Below, one piece after another: positions 41,276-48,463 of a DNA stretch of 64,000 nucleotides. The notes below the pieces were generated by a model. The model saw only the letters and a list, made by a program, of their open reading frames with translations, did not search any database and had not been told where the DNA came from. Origin of the DNA: an uncultured delta proteobacterium (lineage in GTDB: Bacteria; Desulfobacterota; Syntrophia; Syntrophales; Smithellaceae); assembly GCA_963753975.1 (NCBI GenBank), contig CAVWEH010000004.1:160001-224000 (forward strand), in the 5' to 3' direction. The number at the start of each line of letters is the position of its first letter. Position 1 is the first letter of the stretch. The translations under genes and the position numbers were made by a program.

Positions 41276-42000
41276 ACATGCGAACGGAACTTATAACAAC
41301 AGCCTTTATTCTGGGCGCAGGGTTGGGCACAAGATTGAGGCCGCTCACTGATAGTGTGCCCAAACCGCTACTGACGATTGGCGGAAGGCCGATCATTACA
41401 TATGCGATGGAGCATTTGCGCACAATCGGTACAAAAAGATTCATTGTCAATACTCATCATTGCGCGGCAAAATATAAAGAAGCTTTCCCAAAAAATAATT
41501 GGCAAGGCATCCCTATTACTTTCCGTCATGAGCCAATTTTGCTGGATACGTCAGGCGGTATTAAAAATATTGAAGACCTGATTGCCGAAGACGAAAGAAT
41601 TATCGTTTACAACGGCGACATCATTACCAACATACCGATTGAACTGCTTATTAGAAAACATTTTGAATTCAAAACATCAGTTACGCTGGCTCTGCGAAGT
41701 CGCGGCCAGTTGCTAAACGTTAATGTTGATAAAGGCGGTTTTGTCTGTGACATGCGGCATATTTTAAAAAATCAGGGTATCAAGAACTGCCTTTTCGCCG
41801 GAATATATATTGTAGAAAAGACTTTTTTGAGACGATTGCAGGCGGGCAAAATCGAATCGATAGTTTTACCGCTCGTAGAGATGATTAAAGAAAATCCCCG
41901 TTCCGTCGGTGGCATCGCAATTGACGATGGTTACTGGTATGATCTTGGTACTCTCGAAGAATATGAAAAACTAAACAAACTATTCCAGGATAATTCTTAA
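41272..42000 (+). CDS. murU: nucleotidyltransferase, MurU-like
   Basis: GAGLGTRLRPLTDSVPKPL, NGD; next to amgK-like and ampG. Confidence 0.75.
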   Translation: MNMRTELITTAFILGAGLGTRLRPLTDSVPKPLLTIGGRPIITYAMEHLRTIGTKRFIVNTHHCAAKYKEAFPKNNWQGIPITFRHEPILLDTSGGIKNIEDLIAEDERIIVYNGDIITNIPIELLIRKHFEFKTSVTLALRSRGQLLNVNVDKGGFVCDMRHILKNQGIKNCLFAGIYIVEKTFLRRLQAGKIESIVLPLVEMIKENPRSVGGIAIDDGYWYDLGTLEEYEKLNKLFQDNS

Positions 42001-42002
42001 TT

Positions 42003-43004
42003 ATGAAATCTGGAACAGATGAAGCAAAGAAATTCTTAACAGCTAATCTGAAAGCAACCTCCTGGGAGATGCTCCCCATTAAAAAAGGTGGCTCCGACCG
42101 CGGATTTTTTCGGGTTTGCCTGCCAGATAAAACCAGTTTCATTTTTATGTGCTACGGCACGGAAGTGAAAGAAAATGCTCACTGGGCGGGTATCAACAAG
42201 TTTCTGTCCGGTCTTAAAATTTCCGTACCGCAAATTGTTGCGCAAGATATAAAACGACATTTTATTTTGATGGAAGATTTAGGTGATATTGATTTATGGT
42301 CGCAAAGGACTCTTCCCTGGAACAGAAGACGCAATTATTATTATCAGGTGCTCACACAAATTCGTCGTCTGCATTCCTTTAAACTTAAAAAAATCCCGGC
42401 GGATTTGAAATTGTCGCCAGGATACGGCCCAAAACTTTACCGCTGGGAGCATAATTATTTTCTGGAAAATCTCGTTGGGGAAGTTTGTAAGATAAAGCCT
42501 CCTTCATCTTTGCTTAAAGAATTAAAAAAAGAATTGGAATCATTCAGCACACGCCTGCAAAAAATAAAACCTTGTCTTATTCATCGCGATTTTCAATCGC
42601 AAAATATCATGATCAAAAATGATCTGCCGGTGCTGATTGATTTTCAGGGAATGCGTTTAGGAAATCTTTTTTACGATCTGGGATCGCTCATCTGCGACCC
42701 TTACGTTTCCTTTACAACTGAAGAAAGAATCGAGTTGATAAACTTTTATTATGAACTCATGAATTCCGCTTACAGTCGTGATGAATTTATTCAAAATTTC
42801 TGGATAGGCTCGGTGCAACGACTTTTGCAGGCGCTAGGAGCATATGGTTTTCTGGGGCTTAAAAAAAATAAACCGGATTTTCTGAAGCATGCTTACAACG
42901 GCATAAGAAATCTAATTCTCGCCACATCCAATACCGGAAACTTGCCTATTCTGCACGGACTATCGCAACGATGCGAGAGTATTTTGGCTGATCGGCAAAT
43001 ATAA
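42003..43004 (+). CDS. amgK: aminoglycoside phosphotransferase-fold sugar kinase, AmgK-like
   Basis: GGSDRGFFR, EDLGD, HRDFQSQNI, IDFQG, QRLLQALGAYG. Confidence 0.8.
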   Translation: MKSGTDEAKKFLTANLKATSWEMLPIKKGGSDRGFFRVCLPDKTSFIFMCYGTEVKENAHWAGINKFLSGLKISVPQIVAQDIKRHFILMEDLGDIDLWSQRTLPWNRRRNYYYQVLTQIRRLHSFKLKKIPADLKLSPGYGPKLYRWEHNYFLENLVGEVCKIKPPSSLLKELKKELESFSTRLQKIKPCLIHRDFQSQNIMIKNDLPVLIDFQGMRLGNLFYDLGSLICDPYVSFTTEERIELINFYYELMNSAYSRDEFIQNFWIGSVQRLLQALGAYGFLGLKKNKPDFLKHAYNGIRNLILATSNTGNLPILHGLSQRCESILADRQI

Positions 43005-43015
43005 ATCCCCCTTTC

Positions 43016-43185
43016 CCGATTTATACAGTCTGTATAAATCGGAAACGAAAAAACATAAATTAAGCTTTATAATATTGATTTTATTTAATAATATTGGTAA
43101 TATTTTAAGTATAAGAAAACGCTTTATACAGGAAGCAGTAGTCTGTGTTTGCAGAATTATACAGACTGTATAAACATTGTTGGCC
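43016..43185 (+). promoter_or_regulatory. cassette-array leader: Pc-like promoter between 18-bp inverted repeats, ending in an attI-like GTTGGCC core
   Basis: TTGATT(43075)-N17-TAATAT(43098) with extended -10 TG; TTTATACAGTCTGTATAA 43020-43037 / TTATACAGACTGTATAAA 43157-43174; GTTGGCC 43179-43185. Confidence 0.6.
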
Positions 43186-43192
43186 TTAAATT

Positions 43193-44110
43193 ATGAAATT
43201 TCCACAAAGACCTTCTACACATATTAAAGAAACTGATTCGTGGAAAATTCTACAGAATTCAGTTCCTTCTGAATGGCTGCTTAGAGGAGTCACCGAACGA
43301 GATTATGGTGTTGACTGCTATCTTGAAATTGTAGGCCGCGATGGTTCTGTCAGAGGTGATCTAATATCAATCCAACTGAAAGGTACAGAAAGTCTCGATT
43401 GGAAGCAAAATGAAAAACAAAACAGACAAGAAGCAAAATTTCCTGGAATAAAAATTGAAACAATTAACTATTGGATGAATCTTGCAGTTCCGGTTTTTTT
43501 ATGCGTTGCTGAAACATCGACAAAGAAACTGTATTTTGCCCCAATAAAAAACCAAGTGAGAAATCAATATAAAAAATATAAGCTCCAGCAAAGTTTAAGT
43601 TTTGCATTAAGCACCAAACATATTCTTGATCACAACCAAGGATTATTAAATTTCATAATCTGCTACATTCAAGAAAAAAATTTCAAAGAGCTAACTGAAT
43701 TATCAAGGCTTCTCTTAATTCACTTACCTCAATATTATGAGTTCATAATAGGAAACCAGAAGTTAGATCCATTTTTAGGAGTAGAGCCAAATGATGAATT
43801 AATGTTTACCCATATTTACATGACATTGCATAGCCTTTGCAATGTGTTGGCAATAGACTGGAACATCAAATGGCTATCAGACATTTATGATGAAGACAAT
43901 AAAACGTGGAAAGATTCTTATAATAATCTACATAATTTAACTTTTACCCAAATTATACCTCAGCTTAACAAGAAACTCGTAGTAGTTCTGGAAAGTATAA
44001 AGAAAATTATCACTGAGTTTCAAAAGGAATTCTGGGAAACAAAAGAATATATTATTTATCGGAAAGCAAAAGAGATGGACGTATCAAACCTTGACTCATT
44101 GATATATTGA
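43193..44110 (+). CDS. cassette 1: DUF4365-like PD-(D/E)xK nuclease-domain protein
   Basis: ERDYGVDCYLEI...IQLKGT..TINYW..PV motif. Confidence 0.75.
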   Translation: MKFPQRPSTHIKETDSWKILQNSVPSEWLLRGVTERDYGVDCYLEIVGRDGSVRGDLISIQLKGTESLDWKQNEKQNRQEAKFPGIKIETINYWMNLAVPVFLCVAETSTKKLYFAPIKNQVRNQYKKYKLQQSLSFALSTKHILDHNQGLLNFIICYIQEKNFKELTELSRLLLIHLPQYYEFIIGNQKLDPFLGVEPNDELMFTHIYMTLHSLCNVLAIDWNIKWLSDIYDEDNKTWKDSYNNLHNLTFTQIIPQLNKKLVVVLESIKKIITEFQKEFWETKEYIIYRKAKEMDVSNLDSLIY

Positions 44111-44116
44111 ACAAAG

Positions 44117-44179
44117 GGGCAACCATCCGCTGGTGTGTGATACGCAAAAAGCCGCGCACCCCACAGCGGCATTTTGGCT
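44117..44179 (+). other. attC site 1 (R' degenerate: TTTGGCT)
   Basis: GGGCAAC..CCGCTGGTG...CACAGCGG..TTTGGCT with one extra base in L''. Confidence 0.8.
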
Positions 44180-44193
44180 TAAGGAATTAATCA

Positions 44194-45144
44194 ATGAACG
44201 GACATCATGTAATTGAAGATCTGATTATTTTAAAGAATAACCATATTGTTAAAGATCCTAATTTTACCAAAGGCATTGACGTATTAATTAATTTAATCAA
44301 AAATGCTCAACATTTTTTCTTAGGTTGTTTTCAAGAGTTCTTCCCGCTTTTAGAAAATGTATTTGATAATAAATCTAGGGTATTTTTTGGCCCCTGCGCT
44401 GAACACGTTCGTCTACCATATAATATTTGCTGGTTTGAGTTTCAAAATATTGTCCAAGACATACCCATTACTGAGGATGTTCCCAAACGGGGAATTCTAG
44501 TAAAAGAGATGGACAAAGATCTAATATGGGTGTGGACTGTGAATTGCCCAAAATTCTATAAGAAGTGGATAGTAAGTCCGCAGCAGTATTTTATTACTAT
44601 AGGCAAAACTATTTCTGAACACGAAATGATGCGAGATATGGTAACTTCTTCACTTAAAAAGAGCGGTGCATCAGATTCCGTTATTCAATCATATTACGAA
44701 TCGAATATTTGGCCACTACCCATGATCAACGGTATGGATGTAAAGATGTCGCAGGGATTGATGAAAGATGATTATAGGGATTTAGTTGCTTTGAATGCAG
44801 CTTTGATGTTGTTAAATTGTAAAAATATTGTATCTGAAGATAATCTCCCAGCTGAAAAGCTTAATAGGAAAAGACATAAGAATGGCAAACAAGAATTATT
44901 TACATATAAAACTTTGAAATTAGTACTTCCTACGGAATTAAAAAATATTGGCAAGGAATATCTCCCCTCTGGAGCGAAAGTAAGAATTCACTTATGCCGC
45001 GGTCATTTTAAGAACTATACAAAAGAATCACCACTTTTTGGCAGATATACCGGTTTATATTGGTGGGAACCTCATATTAGAGGAGATAAAAACGAGGGGA
45101 TAGTGATTAAAGACTATAAAATTACAACCACATCAGCAAATTAA
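44194..45144 (+). CDS. cassette 2: hypothetical phage-type protein with C-terminal HxxRGHF motif
   Basis: 316-aa ORF; LPYNICWFEF and RIHLCRGHFKNY..WWEPHIRG. Confidence 0.7.
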   Translation: MNGHHVIEDLIILKNNHIVKDPNFTKGIDVLINLIKNAQHFFLGCFQEFFPLLENVFDNKSRVFFGPCAEHVRLPYNICWFEFQNIVQDIPITEDVPKRGILVKEMDKDLIWVWTVNCPKFYKKWIVSPQQYFITIGKTISEHEMMRDMVTSSLKKSGASDSVIQSYYESNIWPLPMINGMDVKMSQGLMKDDYRDLVALNAALMLLNCKNIVSEDNLPAEKLNRKRHKNGKQELFTYKTLKLVLPTELKNIGKEYLPSGAKVRIHLCRGHFKNYTKESPLFGRYTGLYWWEPHIRGDKNEGIVIKDYKITTTSAN

Positions 45145-45199
45145 AGCCAACCCGTCGCTACAGCCAATCGCTACGCTCCGGCTGATTTTTTCGTTATGT
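45145..45199 (+). other. attC site 2
   Basis: AGCCAAC..CAGCC..GGCTGATTTTTTC-GTTATGT. Confidence 0.85.
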
Positions 45200-45213
45200 T
45201 TGGAAATATCAAA

Positions 45214-45852
45214 ATGAAAGCATTCATAAGCCCAAATTACACTCAAGAAAAATTTGATAAACCAACAATCGACGATCTTATAGATGTTTTTAAGGATCGA
45301 ATATTAAATTGGCTATTTGAACCTGTTAAAAAGTTAATAATTGAGAAAGATGGATACTTTGGCGCTGTTTGTCTTCTTTTAACTTATTTTGAAGGAATCT
45401 GGTCGTACATCAGCGGTATCGATAGTGAAGGAAAATCGAAGAAATATTTTATTAAAGCTTTTATAGACGTATTTAGTTCATCTGGCCATAATCCCGTCCT
45501 GTTAGAACGGGTTGCGTTAATACTATATGAAGATGGCCGCTGTGGGTTCTTCCACGATGGCATGTCAAGAGCACGTATCTTTTTGGCGGAGCTTAACAAG
45601 ATAGATATGTTAATTACACTTCCCAAAACACCTGACGGAAAGGTCGACGTTGATGGGCAAATTAAATCCATTATGATAGATCCACGATATTTCATGGCAG
45701 CAATCGAAAGGCATTTTATTGATTATTTGCTTTGTCTTAGCAAGCCAAATGAAAAAGTAAAACGTGATAACTTTTTAAAAATCGCCAAGGAAAAATGGAT
45801 TTATGAATATGAAGGTGTTGTTATCGGTCTTAATAAAGATGGTTCAATGTAG
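45214..45852 (+). CDS. cassette 3: hypothetical helical protein with HEPN-like RxxxxH
   Basis: LLLTYFEG..LYEDGRCGFFHDG; start moved to MKAF, outside attC. Confidence 0.65.
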   Translation: MKAFISPNYTQEKFDKPTIDDLIDVFKDRILNWLFEPVKKLIIEKDGYFGAVCLLLTYFEGIWSYISGIDSEGKSKKYFIKAFIDVFSSSGHNPVLLERVALILYEDGRCGFFHDGMSRARIFLAELNKIDMLITLPKTPDGKVDVDGQIKSIMIDPRYFMAAIERHFIDYLLCLSKPNEKVKRDNFLKIAKEKWIYEYEGVVIGLNKDGSM

Positions 45853-45885
45853 AAATAACAAGATTAATACAGTCGATCGTTATGC
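45853..45885 (+). other. attC site 3, internally deleted
   Basis: AAATAACAAGATTAATACAGTCGATC-GTTATGC: left half matches attC4/5, right arm missing. Confidence 0.75.
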
Positions 45886-45967
45886 AATAAATATATACCA
45901 ATGATAACCATATATATACCCATATTAATATATTGCAATATTTACATGATTTTGGCATAGTAAGCCC

Positions 45968-46255
45968 ATGAAAAAAGTGATCTTCGAATGGGATGAGGAA
46001 AAGAATAAAGAAAATCAATCAAAGCATGGCGTTTCTTTTATAACTGCACAGCAGGCTTTTCTTGATCCCCACCGCGTCATCGCGGAAGACATTACCCATG
46101 GCACTGAAGAAAATCGGTATTATTGTATGGGTCATGTAGGCGAAGGTATTTTAACGGTTAGGTTTACGTATCGTGGTAACGTAATTCGTATCTATGGCGC
46201 AGGCTATTGGAGAAAAGGAAGGAAAATCTATGAAGACCAAAATAAAATATACTGA
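45968..46255 (+). CDS. brnT: cassette 4: BrnT-family toxin
   Basis: FEWDEEKNKENQSKHGVSF, EENRY, LTVRFTYRG..IRI. Confidence 0.9.
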   Translation: MKKVIFEWDEEKNKENQSKHGVSFITAQQAFLDPHRVIAEDITHGTEENRYYCMGHVGEGILTVRFTYRGNVIRIYGAGYWRKGRKIYEDQNKIY

Positions 46256-46470
46256 AGAACCTATGGGCAATTTGAGAGTTGTAAAAGACTTTCTCCCACC
46301 CCCTGATCAAGTTGGTGCTGAAGGAAGACAATGTGAAAGTTACATTATCTTTAAAGAAATCCAGCATCACCTTTTTCAAAAAAGAAGCAAAGACGCAGAA
46401 GACTTCATATCAGAAAATGATAAGAGAAGTAGTAGATTGGTACGCTTCACATTATCAGAAGAGCGCGTAA
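46230..46470 (+). CDS. brnA: cassette 4: BrnA/CopG-like antitoxin, +1 frameshift near 46310
   Basis: MKTKIKYTEEP..DFLPPPDQ then, one base shifted, LVLKEDNVKVTLSL..FFKKEA..SYQKMIR..TAA inside the attC4 core; span 241 = 3n+1. Confidence 0.8.
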
Positions 46471-46520
46471 CAAAATCAATACAGTCGATTGCCGCGCTCC
46501 TGCTGCTTTTTTCGTTATAC
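46465..46520 (+). other. attC site 4
   Basis: GCGTAAC..AATACAGTCG..CTGCTGCTTTTTTC-GTTATAC. Confidence 0.85.
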
Positions 46521-46543
46521 AACGAGAAATCGGAGGCATTAAT

Positions 46544-47488
46544 ATGCAATTTGGAAAAATAAAGAAACTATATCCAAGGGAGATTTGGCCAAATGAGGCG
46601 AAGAATTTTACACCATGGCTTGCTGATAACATCACTGCTCTTGGTGAGGCCCTTGGAATGGATTTAGAACGGACAGATACTGAAGCAGACGTTGGTGATT
46701 TCGCATTGGATTTGTTAGCGAAGGATTTAGGCACCGGACACACTGTAATAATTGAAAATCAACTGACACAAACGGATCACGACCATCTTGGTAAATTGTT
46801 GACATATGCCGCAGGATTCAATGCTTCGACGGTGGTATGGGTTTCTGAGGTGATACGTGATGAGCACAGGCAAGCGCTTGAATGGCTAAATCAGAGGACA
46901 GACGAAGAAACTCAATTTTTTGGCGTCATCATTGAAGTCATACAAATAGATGATTCAAAACCCGCCTATAGTTTTAAGCCAGTCGTTGTACCAAACGAAT
47001 GGCGGAAATCGAAAAAAAGGCAAGCTAACAATACTGTTTCTGAGAAAGGTGAATTGTATCGTAATTACTTCCAGTCACTCATTGATGAACTGAGAGAAAA
47101 ATATAAGTTTACAAATGCAAGAATCGGCCAACCGCAAAACTGGTATTCCTTTTCCTCTGGCGTCTCAGGTATTTCTTTTGGTGCTGTTTTTGTACAAGGT
47201 AGCAAGACACGCACGGAACTCTATATAGATGTTGGTGAAGTTGAAAAGAACAAAGCATTATTTGATTGGCTATACGAGCAAAGAGAAGAAATAAACTCCA
47301 AATTTGGTAAAGAAATTGAGTGGGAACGTCTAGATGATAAAAGGGCTTCGCGCATTGCGATCTACAGAGACGGGACAATTCAAAGCAATGAAGAGGAACT
47401 AGTACAAATTAAAACTTGGCATATTGAAAATCTTATCATCTTCAAGAAAATTTTTACGCCTTTGATCAAGAAATATGGCTGGAAATGA
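46544..47488 (+). CDS. cassette 5: DUF4268 protein with N-terminal NucS-like PD-(D/E)xK domain
   Basis: FTPWL, DLLAKD, IIENQL..DHDHLGKLLTYAAG; C-terminal WERLDDKRASRI. Confidence 0.85.
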   Translation: MQFGKIKKLYPREIWPNEAKNFTPWLADNITALGEALGMDLERTDTEADVGDFALDLLAKDLGTGHTVIIENQLTQTDHDHLGKLLTYAAGFNASTVVWVSEVIRDEHRQALEWLNQRTDEETQFFGVIIEVIQIDDSKPAYSFKPVVVPNEWRKSKKRQANNTVSEKGELYRNYFQSLIDELREKYKFTNARIGQPQNWYSFSSGVSGISFGAVFVQGSKTRTELYIDVGEVEKNKALFDWLYEQREEINSKFGKEIEWERLDDKRASRIAIYRDGTIQSNEEELVQIKTWHIENLIIFKKIFTPLIKKYGWK

Positions 47489-47498
47489 AAGGATAACC

Positions 47499-47554
47499 GT
47501 GTAACAAGATGAATCCAGCCGATCGTTTACTCCGGCTGATTTTTTCGGTTAGGG
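47499..47554 (+). other. attC site 5
   Basis: GTGTAAC..AATCCAGCCG..CGGCTGATT..GTTAGGG with an extra C in L''. Confidence 0.88.
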
Positions 47555-47564
47555 CCAAAGAATA

Positions 47565-48266
47565 ATGGGAAAACACCGAATTTATTGCAACTCGTGCAAA
47601 AATAATACATGGCACGAGGTAGCAGCAAATCACGACCAAAAAAGGGAAGATAATCTTTGGGGCTACCAGCAGAATTTTGAGGCCGAGATATTACGTTGTT
47701 GCGGGTGCGATCAAATCTCATTTAGGTTGGTCAAGCATCCGTTTGAATTCCAAGACAAAAATGACAAACCAGAGGAAGAAATATATCCGGAACGCGGATT
47801 TAAGCAACGAGAGCAGAGATATTTTCTCCATCTTCCAACAGAAGTCCGTAATTTATACAATGAAACATTATCAGCACACGATAGAAATTTGATTCTACTG
47901 TCTACTGTAGGCCTTCGGGCGCTTATCGAGGCAATTGTGGCCAATAAACTGAGCAAAAAAGACTACGGAGAAACACTCGAATCAAAAATAAATGCATTAG
48001 CAAAATATTTCAATGAATCTACAATCAATACGTTACATGAGTTTCGCACAATGGGGAATAAAGCAATCCATGCCCAGCTTGCGCCTGACCCACTTGATAT
48101 ACATAGAGCGTTATATGTTGTGGAGGGTATTATGGAGTTCTTCTATGGCATAGATGAACATGTATATACTTATAAAACCTTCAAAAATAAAAAAAAGAAT
48201 AAAAAAAGCCCTAACAAAAAAATCCGGCGGACGGGCAATAAGCATGCTACGATTTCAAAATCGTAG
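47565..48266 (+). CDS. cassette 6: DUF4145 (HEPN-fold) protein with N-terminal Zn ribbon
   Basis: CNSC..CCGC; LYNET, GLRALIE, LESKI, RTMGNKAIH. Confidence 0.82.
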   Translation: MGKHRIYCNSCKNNTWHEVAANHDQKREDNLWGYQQNFEAEILRCCGCDQISFRLVKHPFEFQDKNDKPEEEIYPERGFKQREQRYFLHLPTEVRNLYNETLSAHDRNLILLSTVGLRALIEAIVANKLSKKDYGETLESKINALAKYFNESTINTLHEFRTMGNKAIHAQLAPDPLDIHRALYVVEGIMEFFYGIDEHVYTYKTFKNKKKNKKSPNKKIRRTGNKHATISKS

Positions 48267-48298
48267 GTTGTCCTCGCTGCTGATTTATATTGTTCCCC
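48209..48298 (+). other. attC site 6 (90 bp, overlaps DUF4145 3' end)
   Basis: CCCTAAC (exact complement of GTTAGGG at 47548)..AATCCGGC..CTACGATTT/AAATCGTAG..GCTGATT..GTTCCCC. Confidence 0.82.
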
Positions 48299-48463
48299 CG
48301 CCGCATACGGGTTCCATTACACCACTCGCGTTTCCGCGGTTACATACTTTTTCAGCATATCAAATAGATTATCTGTTTGAAAAACTGCCTCTACGATAAA
48401 GGCATTGCAAGCACTTAAGCGATATGTTAGACAAATCACCGATTATTAACTCCGGAGTCCGCT

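Larger units (their letters stand above)
43179..48298 (+). mobile_element. integron gene-cassette array without adjacent integrase (CALIN), six cassettes
   Basis: Co-oriented AT-rich ORFs each followed by an attC-like hairpin; each cassette's left core is complementary (0-1 mismatch) to its own right ...AAC core. Confidence 0.9.

Noticed and set aside
43016..43042. Palindrome as a LexA box, dif site or protelomerase site
   Set aside because: Spacing does not fit CTGT-N8-ACAG or XerC/D arms, and no protelomerase gene is present.
46194..46562. 122-aa ORF as the antitoxin
   Set aside because: Its second half is out-of-frame read-through across attC4; the antitoxin-like sequence continues in another frame and ends at 46470.
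44117..48298. Recurrent spacers as a CRISPR array
   Set aside because: The repeats are separated by whole genes and have attC structure; no cas genes.
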